A stretch of DNA of 64,000 bases from Macrostomum lignano. Lineage: Eukaryota. Positions within the stretch are counted from its first letter, which is position 1; every line of letters begins with the position of its first letter. The stretch is from NCBI GenBank assembly GCA_002269645.1, contig NIVC01001920.1, positions 129,673 through 193,672 of the forward strand, given 5' to 3'. The notes under the pieces are model-generated. The model was not told the DNA's origin. It searched no databases and saw only the letters and a program-made list of their open reading frames with translations. This document shows, piece after piece, positions 1 through 22,300 of this stretch. Position numbers and translations under genes: made by a program.

Positions 1-143
1 AAAGTGGCACAGTTGATTGAAAGTGGCACAATCGATTGAAAGTGGCACAATTGATTTAAAGTGGCCCAGTTGATTGAAAGTGGCACAATTGATTGAAAGT
101 GGCACAGTTGATTGAAAGTGGCACCATCGATTGAAAGTGGCAC
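1..143. repeat. 19-bp minisatellite (AAAGTGGCACAGTTGATTG), truncated by window start
   Basis: About 7 imperfect tandem copies visible at 1-143. Confidence 0.9.
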
Positions 144-494
144 AATTGGTGCACTCAAAAAGCTCTCAACAGTACCAACTCACCATGCCAAGTACTCAAT
201 GCAAACTGGTCTCCACGTGGCTCGCTGCCTCGAGTTTTCGGGCTTTGCACAGTTGCTGTCCGGTCCAGACTGTTACGGCGGCTTTTCAGGTCCCCTGTGG
301 TGGGGTGGGGGTTGTGAGCTCGGGCTGTAAAAACTCTGTTGTGGGCTTCATTGTTCTGAGCAGAGAGCGGGAAGAGAGAGAGAGTGAGACTTTAGAAAAT
401 AGTGAGTCAGGCTGGAGGGGCAGAGAGCCAGTCAGAGGTCGGCAGCCTCCCTCACTCCAGCTGCATCTGTAAAGTGCCATAGGCGTGATAAAAA

Positions 495-1101
495 ACCTCT
501 TCTCTTACCGCTTAACCTTTTCTCTTACCGCTTAACCTTTTCTCTTACCGCTTAACCTTTTCTCTTACCGCTTAACCTTTTCTCTTACCGCTTAACCTTT
601 TCTCTTACCGCTTAACCTTTTCTCTCACCGCTTAACCTTTTCTCTCACCGCTTAACCTCTTCTCCTACAGCTTAACCTCTTCTCCTACCGCTTAACCTCT
701 TCTCCTACCGCTTAACCTCTTCTCCTACCGCTTAACCTTTTCTCTTACCGCTTAACCTCTTCTCCTACCGCTTAACCTTTTCTCTTACCGCTTAACCTCT
801 TCTCCTACCGCTTAACCTCTTCTCCTACCGCTTAACCTCTTCTCCTACCGCTTAACCTCTTCTCCTACCGCTTAACCTTTTCTCTTACCGCTTAACCTCT
901 TCTCCTACCGCTTAACCTCTTCTCCTACCGCTTAACCTCTTCTCCTACCGCTTAACCTCTTCTCCTACCGCTTAACCTCTTCTTCTACCGCTTAACCTTT
1001 TCTCTTACCGCTTAACCTCTTCTCCTACCGCTTAACCTCTTCTCCTACCGCTTAACCTCTTCTCCTACCGCTTAACCTTTTCTCTTACCGCTTAACCTCT
1101 T
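495..1101. repeat. 20-bp minisatellite (CTTAACCTYTTCTCYTACCG)n
   Basis: Exact 20-nt periodicity, about 30 copies. Confidence 0.97.
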
Positions 1102-1462
1102 CACTAACCGCTGTATCTGCCGCTTGCCTTTTTATGAAAAGAGGCAGCTCGTACTTACCAAGTCAAGTTTTCTTAACCCAAAATTGCTGTTCTGAAGCCT
1201 GCGGTTCCTCTCCTCTTTATCCAAGCCATAAAAACGGCCAAATTCAGTTTTATGGAGTTCGCCTGCCAACGTTTCAGCGGGGCTGGAAGTGTTTATTTAC
1301 AGCATGTAAAGTAGAGTTTTTAATAAATTAATAAATATTGGCGTGTTTCAACTCGACATAATAACCGGCGACCGCTCGGAATGCTTGCGGCACCCACTGC
1401 CTGTTACTGGTTTCAACTGGAAACGCTTAAAATGGGTATTTGACAGTTTTACAGTTTAGCGA

Positions 1463-1880
<418 letters not shown>

Positions 1881-3167
1881 TAGAAGAGCAAGCGGAGTGC
1901 GATGTGACCGCTGAGTTCCCGCAGCTCGCAGCCCGCCGGCCCGTGAGAAAATTGATCCCACAACCGCAGGCGGAGGCGGGCGGCTGTCAGCATAAAACGA
2001 GGTGCCTTTGCAGGGCATTAAAATGCATGAGCTCGCCCCATTTGGCAACAATTCTGCCGCCCGAAAGCAGTTGGACAGCAAAAATGCTTCGCCTCGGGCG
2101 GGCCGTGGACCAGCTTGGGGGAGGAGACTGGATCGGCGGCGAAGCACGCCCAGAGAATAATTCTCCCTGTCAAATGACTGATGGGCTGCGGCTGTCAGAG
2201 GCACGCGGATGAGTCGCATCACAAGCTCTCCGGGTCCTCAATTTCCTTGGCTTCGAGTGTCCCCTACCCAAATATGCCATGCACCTGTATTAGCTCAGCA
2301 TTCACCAAAGTACAAAGCGTCTTAAGATCATTGCTAAAAGTCTATTAGAATTGGGTTTTGTTAGGGCCATGGAGGCCAACAAGCGCATGCAGGCTGATCG
2401 TCCTTCAGCCCGTAGCCAGGGGAGCCCAGCGCTGCTTATTCCCACTTCAAACAGCAGTTGGGGAGCGGCGGGCCCGGGCTGGGCAAACACGGCAGGCCAC
2501 ACTGGGGTGAGATGATGCTCCTCTGCTCAGGCTGGAGCAGTGCTCAAGTGAATTGGAGGAGGTGGCTGACAACAGATGGTCGCCCGCAGCTCTGGTCGCA
2601 GGCCGCTTGCACTTTCCCCTCTTCCCGCCGGTGTCCCACTTGCGAGACCGGCCAGGCCGCTGCTGCTGCGAAAATGGAGCTGTCCGAGACCGCCTGTCCG
2701 GCTACTCGGCCAATAATCTGAAGAGCTTCGCCCAGAATCTGAGCGCCATCAATTTGAGTCTCCGATCTCTCACAGTTTATTTATTGCATTTTCGCTGATG
2801 GAGCTCTTCGCTTTGAGAATTTTTCAAATAGAGACGCGAAGAATCAAGATAACAAAAGTACATCGCGGACAGCTAGCTGGGTTTACATGGGCTGGCCAAG
2901 TGCGAGCTCTCAGAGGCATCACCTCAGCTCAGTCGAACTCAAACTGCCGCACGACAGGCCTGACAAAAAAGGTTGAAATGGGACTCGCACAGGAGTAAAA
3001 TTTAACACAGGGGAATGACAACTGGGCTTGCAACAGGCTGCCTGTGACAGCTATGGGCCCCGGTTGACTCCGCTCTGGCCGATGTCGCTCCAATCTCGAA
3101 TATCTCGCCTCCCTCTTGTTCCCTTCTCCATTATCCAATTCCTGATTGCACTAGTTTCCCTGCCGCT

Positions 3168-3560
3168 ACTTCTAACCCGTCTACTTCTCACCCGTCTACA
3201 TCTCAACCCTCTACTTCTCAACCATCTACTTCTCAACCATCTACTTGTCACCCATCTACTTCCTAACCCTCTACTTCTCACCCGTTTACTTCTCAACCCT
3301 CTACTTCTCACCCGTCTACTTCTCAACCCTCTACTTCTCACCGTTTACTTCTCAACCCTCTACTTCTCACCCGTTTACATCTCAACCCTCTACTTCTCAC
3401 CCGTCTACTTCTCAACCCTCTACTTCTCACCCGTCTACTTCTCACCCGTCTACTTCTCAACCCTCTACTTCTCACCCGTCTACTTCTCACCCGTCTACTT
3501 CTCAACCCTCTACTTATAACCTGTGTACTTCTCCCCTTCTGTTTCTATTTCTCACCCCTC
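3168..3560. repeat. 15-bp minisatellite (CTACTTCTCACCCGT / CTACTTCTCAACCCT)
   Basis: Two alternating 15-mer variants in tandem. Confidence 0.93.
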
Positions 3561-3892
3561 TACTCCTTACCCCATGGATAATGTATTCTAGATAGAACAT
3601 AGAAAGTCAGCTCGTAGACAATCTTTGATTTGGGATCCACGCTTCCTCGCTCAGCTTAAAACACCGCCTTCATACTTCAATTTACTTGTACATACCTCTC
3701 TCTACCCTCCTCCAGTTCCCCAGAATCTCACCCTTAACTCCAACCTGTCTAACTCTTCAATCCTTCAAGTTCTCCTACATAGAAAAAACCCGACGCAGCA
3801 AAAGGTATCCGCAACGTCAGTAAAATTGCAGTCCTCAGAATTCAAGCAGAAATGAAACGGCAACTCAAATCCCGAACGCGATGGCTGAGCGC

Positions 3893-6601
<2,709 letters not shown>

Positions 6602-7178
6602 GGCCAAGGAAGTCTTCGGGCAGCGGAGCTTTTCCAGGAATCGGGGCGCAGTGAGGAGGTTTTGTCGCAGTGAGGGCAGCGAGGGGCGGCGGCCCATTTA
6701 TGCGGGGACTGGGCTGAGAGGATCGCGTGGGCGATGCGGATTCAGAGACTGCAATTGGCTGGGCGACCGTGGAGTTTGAAATGCAGCATCTGGAGGGGAA
6801 ACTGGCAGCTTCATCATATGCAGTCTCAAAACTTATCACAGCTACACGAAGCATCCTATCAAGAAGTCCTCGAATATAGTAAATTAGGCAACTCAATCTC
6901 GTGACTCAAGCAGCGCAAGTTCTTCCGCACTCGCAAATATCCGACTCGAATGCAGTACCTGCCATGCCTTCCTGATACGAAGCTCATAATTTCGACCAGG
7001 TCTCGTTAATCTTTGTTCGCCATCTCTAGTCTCTCAATTTCCTTGCCCATCCCTCTATTATGGATGAATTTTCGACCCCCTGAAGTGATTGATACCGGCC
7101 AGCTGTCCGGCCAGCTGTCCGGCCAGCTCTCGCCTGTCCGAAATGCAGCGCCGGGTTTTGCTTTCCCGTAAAAGCCCC

Positions 7179-7546
7179 CCCCCCTCAGATCCTGAGCCCC
7201 CTCAGATCCTGAGCCCCCCTCAGATCCTGAGCCCCCTCAGATCCTGAGCCCCCCTCAGATCCTGAGCCCCCTCAGATCCTGAGCCCCCTCAGATCCTGAG
7301 CCCCCTCAGATCCTGAGCCCCCCTCAGATCCCGAGCCCTCCCCCAGATCCCGAGCCCTCCCCCAGATCCCGAGCCCTCCCCCAGATCCCGAGCCCTCCCC
7401 CAGATCCCGAGCCCTCCCCCAGATCCCGAGCCCTCCCCCAGATACCGAGCCGTCCCCCAGATCCCGAGCCCCCCTCAGATCCCGAGCCCTCCCCCAGATC
7501 CCGAGCCCCCCTCAGATCCCGAGCCCTCCCCCCAGATCCCGAGCCC
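7179..7546. repeat. 17-19-bp minisatellite (CCCCTCAGATCCTGAG / CCCTCCCCCAGATCCCGAG)
   Basis: Tandem copies; the unit changes from the 17-mer to the 19-mer along the array. Confidence 0.93.
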
Positions 7547-8366
7547 GCACCTCCCTTCTCATGGAGGGAGCTGGGCTGTCTCGGGCGATGCGGGCAAGCG
7601 GTAAATTTGGGCCGAGCAGCGAGCGGCCCTCAGCCCGCAGGAAGTGGCGGCGGCTGGTGCACTTTGGCCGACTCTCCCGGCCCATGGCGGCTTTCAGCTG
7701 CACTCAGCCTCATGGCTGGAAAACTCACTCTCATTAGTCTAAGCGGCCCGGCACTTAAAAAATTAATTTTACAAGCGGGACGAAAATAAAATTCAATTTC
7801 TAGATGGCGCGCCATCGGAACGATGAAAATGCTTGACAAACTGTCAATTTTCCAATCCATTTTATTTCGCAAATTGTAGTTAGAATTTTACAGTTTTATA
7901 AACAGCTCCAACTGGCTGAGACGGCTTCTTTTCTGTCTGTTTCTGTGCCGTCTTCACAGACTGTTGTGAAGGATTCTTGAGAGCGCGCTTGAACTCCGCT
8001 ATGGATTTCCATTGAGCTGCAGCATCCCCCCCCGCAACCTCGGAGCCTGATTGAGTCTCCCGGGAGCCCGGCCTGAATATCAATGCCGTCTCAGCCGCCG
8101 CTAATTGGCATCGAGCTCGAGCTCCTCTGCTGCCGCTGACTTTGTTCTTTGTAGAAACCTGCGGCCTCAGCTGCCGGAGCCCCCGGACCTGGCGGCACCC
8201 CAAATTCGGATTTTTTGTTTCAAAAAACCGCTACCATTCCTGCCGCCGTGACGTTTTTCACTTTCTCCTTTCCTTTTGTCTGTCCTTCTCTGTACCTCTG
8301 TCTAATGCATAATTTGCTGCTGAGACCCGCACTCACCTCTAGCATTGACGTGCTCTGTGAAGTCCT

Positions 8367-9730
8367 CTGGCTCCGCCTCTCCCTCCGCCTTCTGCCTCAG
8401 CCTCTCCCTCCACCTTCTGCCTCCGCCTCTCCCTCCGCCTTCTGCCTCAGCCTCTCCCTCCACCTTCTGCCTCCGCCTCTCCCTCCACCTTCTGCCTCAG
8501 CCTCTCCCTCCGCCTTCTGCCTCCGCCTCTCCCTCCGCCTTCTGCCTCCGCCTCTCCCTCCGCCTTCTGCCTCCGCCTCTCCCTCCGCCTTCTGCCTCAG
8601 CCTCTCCCTCCACCTTCTGCCTCCGCCTCTCCCTCCACCTTCTGCCTCAGCCTCTCCCTCCACCTTCTGCCTCCGCCTCTCCCTCCACCTTCTGCCTCCG
8701 CCACTCCCTCCGCCTTCTGCCTCAGCCTCTCCCTCCACCTTCTGCCTCCACCTCTCCCTCCGCCTTCTGCCTCCACCTCTCCCTCCGCCTTCTGCCTCCA
8801 CCTCTCCCTCCGCCTTCTGCCTCCACCTCTCCCTCCGCCTTCTGCCTCCACCTCTCCCTCCGCCTTCTGCCTCCGCCTCTCCCTCCACCTTCTGCCTCCG
8901 CCTCTCCCTCCACCTTCTGCCTCCGCCTCTCCCTCCGCCTTCTGCCTCAGCCTCTCCCTCCACCTTCTGCCTCCACCTCTCCCTCCGCCTTCTGCCTCCA
9001 CCTCTCCCTCCACCTTCTGCCTCAGCCTCTCCCTCCACCTTCTGCCTCCGCCTCTCCCTCCACCTTCTGCCTCAGCCTCTCCCTCCACCTTCTGCCTCCG
9101 CCTCTCCCTCCGCCTTCTGCCTCAGCCTCTCCCTCCACCTTCTGCCTCCACCTCTCCCTCCACCTGCCTCCACCTCTCCCTCCACCTTCTGCCTCAGCCT
9201 CTCCCTCCACCTTCTGCCTCCGCCTCTCCCTCCACCTTCTGCCTCCGCCTCTCCCTCCACCTTCTGCCTCCACCTCTCCCTCCGCCTTCTGCCTCCGCCT
9301 CTCCCTCAACCTTCTGCCTCCGCCTCTCCCTCCACCTTCTGCCTCCGCCTCTCCCTCCACCTTCTGCCTCAGCCTCTCCCTCCACCTTCTGCCTCCGCCT
9401 CTCCCTCCGCCTTCTGCCTCCGCCTCTCCCTCCGCCTTCTGCCTCAGCCTCTCCCTCCACCTTCTGCCTCAGCCTCTCCCTCCACCTTCTGCCTCAGCCT
9501 CTCCCTCCACCTTCTGCCTCCGCCACTCCCTCCGCCTTCTGCCTCAGCCTCTCCCTCCACCTTCTGCCTCCACCTCTCCCTCCGCCTTCTGCCTCCACCT
9601 CTCCCTCCGCCTTCTGCCTCCACATCTCCCTCCGCCTTCTGCCTCCACCTCTCCCTCCGCCTTCTGCCTCCGCCTCTCCCTCCACCTTCTGCCTCCGCCT
9701 CTCCCTCCACCTTCTGCCTCCGCCACTCCC
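8367..9730. repeat. 25-bp pyrimidine-rich minisatellite (CCTCTCCCTCCRCCTTCTGCCTCMG)n
   Basis: About 54 copies with 25-nt period. Confidence 0.96.
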
Positions 9731-9739
9731 CACCCCCTC

Positions 9740-9970
9740 CTCTCTCCACCTCTCCATTCTCTCTCCACCTCTCCATTCTCTCTCCACCTCTCCATTCTCT
9801 CTCCACCTCTCCATTCTCTCTCCACCTCTCCATTCTCTCTCCGCCTCTCCATTCTCTCTCAACCTCTCCCTTCTCTCTCCACCTCTCCATTCTCTCTCAA
9901 CCTCTCCATTCTCTCTCAACCTCTCCATTCTCTCTCAACCTCTCCATTCTCTCTCAACCTCTCCCTTCTC
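9740..9970. repeat. 19-bp minisatellite (CTCTCCACCTCTCCATTCT)n
   Basis: About 12 copies adjoining the 25-mer array. Confidence 0.9.
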
Positions 9971-10402
9971 TCTCGACCTCTCTCCAGCCCTCCCTTTTCT
10001 GCCTCCAGCTCTCCCTCTCTCCCTCTAGCCCTCACCCTCTTAGCAGCTGATTTCCTGAATCCAAGCCACTTTTGATTTTCCAGTCTGTTAACAGTTTTTC
10101 TGTCTCCAATTCAAAATTGCTCACTGTTCCGGAACCTTTCTCACAGATTGAGATTGCTTGTGCTCAAATATGTCAGGGATGCCGCGTCAGCCTCCCTGTC
10201 ACATGCTGCCACCACGTGACAGCGAAGTGAAGTGGCAGTCAGGCACAGACCGGCCCTGTTCAGTGGCAAAAACGAGCGCGGGTGAGGCAGCAATTTGCCA
10301 TCAGCACCGGACCGGCTGGGAAGCCGATTCACTGGAGCGGGACGCTGCTGCACTGCGGCTTGAGTTGACAGTGCTGTGTACCTGTCTCAGATATATACCT
10401 CA

Positions 10403-16430
<6,028 letters not shown>

Positions 16431-17590
16431 AGGTATAAAATCACATCACTGTGAGCCCCCTTGAGAAGTAGCTGAGACGAACAGGCGAGCTAGCAGACCC
16501 TGAAGAAGAGCATCCAGCTGCATTGAGCTGCATCGGAGGCCTGCTGAAAAACAGCACAAGCCGTGACTTTTGTGAATTCCTACTAATTGAGCCAGTAATT
16601 ATTGCACTTAGCTTGACACGGAGCTGGCCTCGGGAGCGGAACCGAGATTCAGGTCAGCCGACAGCGATGGTTGCTATGAAGATGGAGTGAGCAGACTGTG
16701 GGTACATTTCAAAAATGAATTAGCAAGACTCTCCGAGAAAATTCAGACCAAATACCAACCAGTGAACTCCGATGCGATGACTAGCCAGATCCTCATCTTC
16801 TACTGTCAGTAGCTGTAACTGCATGTGCATGTTATTTCAACACAGAAAAATAACAGTACAGGACTTGGAATTGGTGCGGCATGTCTCGCATGGCTCCGGC
16901 CGATGCAGCTTTGGCAAGCCAGTAGAAGTCACAGAAGCAGCTGTTGTGTATTGTGTGCTTACTCTGCATCCGGGTGTTAAAATCCACCATGTCACCACCC
17001 CAGACGTCAACCATGGGAGTGACGGTCACACGCCAATATTGTCGCCATCAGAGGCTTGAATGGCTGTCCTGTTTGAATCGGGCATTAGATATGCATGTAA
17101 TTGAAACCAAATGTTGAAAACACAATAGTTGTGCGCGGAATTTCAATGCGCGCTCGTTGCAGACGGATCGAACGAGCAAATGACATAGTTTGAGCTTGAA
17201 AAGGGGCAGCTAGGAGAGACCATAGGTCTTATATTCCCTAGATAGGCCGCTTTGTATTGCGGCAATAGGGAAATCGCGACCGCTGTTTTTCGTCACTTGT
17301 GCGAAAAAAGCCGATATGAGTTGCTTAAATTTTGAGTTCAGTAGCTTAGGGACATAGACGCTATTTTTTGAGAATTAAGTGGCCCATCTGGTGTATACGA
17401 GCGTATATGATCTTTGGGAGAGGCGAGTTTTCTTGGGTGAAATTTCTATACGATCTGACTACTTTATACCACAGACAAGATCGGAAAGTTTGCGACACTG
17501 TAAAACTGATTACATACTATAGCAGTTTAGACTGCGGGAGTCTAATGAGTCTAGAACGTTGCAAGCTCAGAACTTTCTGCTCGCGCAAAA

Positions 17591-18703
17591 ATGATGAGAA
17601 CAAAGAAGCAATTATTATCGCTAGCCGGCGCAGCAGCTGTCTTACTGACTGTAGCATACCTCGTTCGGCCCAGAAACTTGCCTGATTCTGACACACTGCC
17701 AGTTTTGAGCGATGTGCAGTTGATCAAAAACTGTCCCGCCTACAACGAGCTCCGCAGCGTCGACTTCACGAACCCCAGCCTGCGGCACCGGCTGTGTCAG
17801 GAGACGCCGGCCTACCAGTTAGTCAGGGGCAAATTTCCCCTGTGCGAGCTGAACAGGAACTTACCGCAGCAGATGTACACCATTGTCAGACAAGGGTCTC
17901 CTGTGGCCAATGTGACCCGAGCGATGGGTGGCGGCCGAATGCCGATATTCACCTTCGGCGCGGAAGACTTCATTTCTGGGGAGATGCTGAAGAAGAACGC
18001 CTGGGAAACTGGTGAAATTCGGACGATGCTCAACCTGTTAAAGCAGTTTCCGACAGACTCGGTGACGTTCCTTGACGTCGGCAGCAACGTCGGGATCTAC
18101 AGCCTGCAGGCCAGAGAGCTCGGGTATCCCGTGGTGGCCATCGATGCAAACATTCGTGCATTGGCCAGGTTGCAGATGTCAGCAAAGAGGCTGGGTTTGC
18201 TTGATGACAAAATGAAACTTTTCTGGGGCTTCATCAGTGACGACGTGGCGGTCAAGCGGATCAGCTATAACGCCGACGACTTTGGCTGCCACGCTGGAAG
18301 CGGCTCAGTCGGATTGGCTGACTGGAAACGGCAGGTCACGAAGTTAATCGAGGACACGATTCCCGTGACCACTGTCAAAGCGGACGAGCTTCGAGCGCAC
18401 ATCGGCACCAAGAATGTGGTCGTCAAGATGGACATCGAGTCCGGTGAGCACCTGTTCATGAAGACTGGCGAGAGGCTGTTCAGCGAGCTCAACATCATGG
18501 CGCTGCAGATGGAGTTCTGGCGGAAGCTCGGTCAGCGACCGCAATCTTCTAACTATTACGAGTTTGTGACGCAATTCATGATCTCGAGGAACTTCTCTTT
18601 GCTGTCCATGGGTAGCTTCCAAGTGCAGCAAATTGCCACATTTGGTGAATGGGACGGAATATGGATTAGAAACGACTTTTTGCCACGAGTTAAGAAAGAG
18701 TGA
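17591..18703 (+). CDS. Intronless FkbM-family (Methyltransf_21-like) SAM-dependent methyltransferase with N-terminal signal anchor, 370 aa
   Basis: SAM motif I 'TFLDVGSNVGIYSL', 'VVAIDAN', and FkbM C-terminal signature 'VVVKMDIESGE'. N-terminus is basic MMRTKK plus hydrophobic 'LLSLAGAAAVLLTVAYLV'. Confidence 0.85.
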   Translation: MMRTKKQLLSLAGAAAVLLTVAYLVRPRNLPDSDTLPVLSDVQLIKNCPAYNELRSVDFTNPSLRHRLCQETPAYQLVRGKFPLCELNRNLPQQMYTIVRQGSPVANVTRAMGGGRMPIFTFGAEDFISGEMLKKNAWETGEIRTMLNLLKQFPTDSVTFLDVGSNVGIYSLQARELGYPVVAIDANIRALARLQMSAKRLGLLDDKMKLFWGFISDDVAVKRISYNADDFGCHAGSGSVGLADWKRQVTKLIEDTIPVTTVKADELRAHIGTKNVVVKMDIESGEHLFMKTGERLFSELNIMALQMEFWRKLGQRPQSSNYYEFVTQFMISRNFSLLSMGSFQVQQIATFGEWDGIWIRNDFLPRVKKE

Positions 18704-18862
18704 TGGGTTTGACAAAGATGACCAATGGTCCACTTTTACTGGGCTATGAAGTTTTCACTGGGCTATGCATGCATGTAGGTGATATCTTTGAACTCTTGTG
18801 AGGTACTTTTTGTAGCATTCATAGTGCTTGTCTAGCCTGACAGGCCGGGCATGTCGCTAAAT

Positions 18863-21800
18863 TGTTATTTGAATGAGTGCGCCTGCACTTGCTCCCCTCT
18901 CTGCCTAACCATCCACCGTATTCTTAATTGATCAGCGCCTCGGCCCCCATGTACGCCAACCCCCCGTCGTCCATCGCTTATCTTTCTCTTTAAATGTGTA
19001 CGTTCAACCCCCCACTTTTCTTATCTAAGCAAATGAATAAATCGGCAAATCAGTTATTTAGGCTCGCGCACGGGGACTCTAGCTCCTCAACCTCTCTCGT
19101 TAATTACAAACTTCAATTAAGCGTTTTCAACTCTACTTTATTTGCATTAAAATTCACAACATGGCGCCCAATGTGGGGAGCTAGTTCAACGGAGAGCTGT
19201 TGTTCGTTCGGGTATTACGAAGGCAAGGCGGAAGCACTTCTAGATAAGGGTGGAACACCGGTGGCTAAGACGTTAGCAGAGGCAGACTCACTGCTGGAGC
19301 TTTTAAAGACCAAGATGAATCAGCTGGAAAAATGGATGATGAGTTAGAATTTGGAATTCCGGATGAGAGTTTGGATGAAGAGCAGGATTCTGTTCAAGAA
19401 TACTCCCTCAAATGTAAGCAGACGATCAAATTGTTAGAAAGGTTTTCTTCGAGAGATCAACCTGAAATGCAGACCAGTCCAGCTCCGGGACTGAGGTCAA
19501 CTGAACCCAGCGTCCGGCTGCTGAAGCGTCAGATCCCGACATTTCATGGTACAGTCGCGACCTGGTAATCATTCTGGGACCAATTTTCGTCCTCGATTGA
19601 TTCGAATAGCTCATTGTCTGACATAGATAAATTTAATTATCTGCTAGATTGCCTTGGTGATTCGGCTCGTTCTTGCATCCGAGGTTTTTCCGTTACATCG
19701 TCAAATTATCGAGCTGCTGTGAGTACTCAAGGACCGCTATGGCAAACCCGAGAGTATTATTCGTGACCTTATGACTCAACTGTCCGACCTCCAACTCGTA
19801 GACACCACACTCATTGGGTTGCAGCACTTTCGTGATGATGTAGCTGCGCTTACTCAAAGCCTTAGTAACCAGGGTGTCTCTTCCTCGTCGTATGAGGCTC
19901 TGCTGCTTCCATCTCTGCTGCGTCGCTGCCGGACTGAACTTCGACTCGAACTGCACCGTTCAGCCAACCTGGCTGGTAATGAGATTGATTCCATTGAGGC
20001 TCTATTAGAGTGCCTGCAGAAAGAGATCGACATCCGAGAAGCAGCTGGTATGACTGCATCGCAGAAGCTTCCCGCTCGAGAATCCGAAAAGGGAGGCAGC
20101 ACCTCAACGATTCCTAAACTCGCTTCTGCATCTACTCTGGTCTCAAACAAGACCACAGCTTCACATTCGAGTCAAAAGCAGACAGATTTTCGGCCAGCGT
20201 CCTCCTTCAAGGTGTTCTGCACCTATTGTGGGTCCGGCCACATTTCTGAGAAGTATTCTACGATTTCTTCCGTGGCTGCCAGGATCAAATTCTTGAAGAA
20301 CAATGATCGTTGCTTCAGGTGCCTTCGAACTGGTCACTTATCAAAGGCGTGTAGCGATCGCCGCTGCTGCCGAATCTGCTCTGGCAATCATCACTCCAAT
20401 ATTTGCACAGCTTCTGAACAATCGAACACCAAGGACGGTCCAACCACAAAATCTAAGAGACCACCTCAGCTTCTCTCACGGAAGGACCGATGTTTGACTG
20501 TCTCTTCTCAGCGCCTTTTGCAGGACGCTCAACCCGCTCCTCGAAAGGAGCACTCGAACATCGCAACCATGGATGAAACGACTCAGAGTACTACGTGCCT
20601 AACTCAAATCGACTCCGATCTGACCACTCATCACCATCAGCAGGCAGTTCTCCCAATGTTCATTCAGCGCAATCCGCGTCTGTCGTGCTGCCCGCCGCAA
20701 AGGCAATTTTGCTAAGCTCTGGAGGGGATCGCGAGTTGATGGTACGCGTGTTGCTCGATACTGTAGCAATCGAACCTATATCCGCGAAGATGTTTGCCAG
20801 CTTCTCGGCCTCCAGTCGACGAAGTCCGAAAGGCTTCAAATATCAGCCTTTTCAGGCCTCACCTCAGTGGTCGACTCGGGCAAGGTCACGCTGACTCTTC
20901 AGAAAATCGACTCGCCGCAAGTTATCCGACTCGACGCCAGTATCGTCAAAGATATCTGCCAACCGCAACGTTCGGTCATTGTTACCAACTATGACCATCT
21001 CGGTGGCCTAGATCTTGCTGATCCCTTTGATCCACGTGACGCTTCAACGCCAATTTCCATTCTCATTGGATCCGATCAATACTATCAAATCGTCACAGGA
21101 AATTTAGTCCGTGGTGCCTCCGGTCCAGTAGCTATGGAAACGAAACTCGGCTTTGTTTTGTGCGGACCACTGACTTTCGACCGCCTAGCCAAAAGTATGA
21201 TCAAGCAGATGATAACGCTGCTTGCACAGCAGTTCAAACACGGTGCTGCTCAGTCAGAGAAGAAGCTGCAGATGAACTCACAAGCTTCTGGAAGCTAGAA
21301 ACTCTAGGAATCACCGATCCCTTCTCAAAACCAGAGGAAAACTCGTTCGATTGCGCTCCTCGACTATTCGATTCCAGGTATTCCGTCAAGCTACCTTGGA
21401 AGCAACTAGACAATACTCGTTCACTCGACAGTCACTTCGATCTCGCCTGAGTCGCCTTCGTTCGACGATGCAACGTTTGCACAAGTCTCCGGAGCACCTG
21501 AAGAAGTACAGTGACATCATTGAGGAGCAGGAGCAGACCGGCGTCATTGAGAGAGTTCCATCCGCGGACTTATGCAAACCATTGATATCGATCGGTTCAT
21601 TATCTGCCAAATTCTTACGTCGTGAAGTCAAACAATGAATTCACCAAGCTCCGAGTTGTCTACGATGGATCCGCCAAGCTGCACAAAGACGATCTGTCCA
21701 GTAACGATCTTTTGCAAGTAGGACCAGCAGAACAGCAGAGTTCCCACAGATTCCAGCTCTACTAATCCATCCAACCAGCCATACTGGTCGATATCGAGAA

Positions 21801-22300
21801 GGCATTTCTGCAAGTCGGAGTCGACCTGGAAGATCGAGACTTTTTGCGCTTCCTGTGGTTCCATTCAAGGGATTCGGAACTAGATCACAACCAGATAATC
21901 CACTACCGATTCTGCAGAGACCCGTTCGGATTGACCTGCTCACCGGCTCTCTTGAAGATCACCATCCTGCAACATCTCCAGAATCTCCAAGCCGCCTTCG
22001 GCGATAGAACTAAAATCCTCTCACGCGATATGTATGTCGACAATCTGGCAACCAGCTGTGACACTGTGAAAGAAGCCGCAGTTCTCTACCACGATGCTCA
22101 AGAGTTGTTTCGACTGGCCGTTATGAATATTAGACAATGGCAATCTAACTCTGAAGAGTTCCAATCCATTCTGCCACCGAACAGTATCGGTCATGCTGAG
22201 AAAGTACTTGGTCTGACGTGGGACTCCAAGAGAGACGTGTTTCTGCTCGACTTTCGCCGTTGTCTGGGCACTCTTCCACCCTATTTAAAGTTTCTGGATG
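18863..22300 (+). mobile_element. Decayed BEL/Pao LTR retrotransposon (5' LTR + gag + protease + RT), 3'-truncated
   Basis: Putative LTR TGTT...AACA at 18863-19161, then PBS TGGCGCCCAATGTGGGG (19162-19178), one mismatch from the tRNA-Lys(CUU) PBS. DUF1759-like gag 'IPTFHGTVATW*SFWDQFSSSID...DKFNYLLDCL'. Three zinc knuckles (CTYCGSGH.., CFRCLRTGHLSKAC, CRICSGNHHSNIC). Broken protease 'VRVLLDT', RT motifs 'DIEKAFLQV', 'FLRFLWF', 'MYVDN'. Several stops/frameshifts; no integrase or 3' LTR found. Confidence 0.9.

Noticed and set aside
1900-3170. Short GC-rich ORFs downstream of the NPF-type receptor (also 5366-5932 and 7512-8203)
   Set aside because: No recognisable domains or consistent splice structure; probably UTR, intronic or regulatory DNA.
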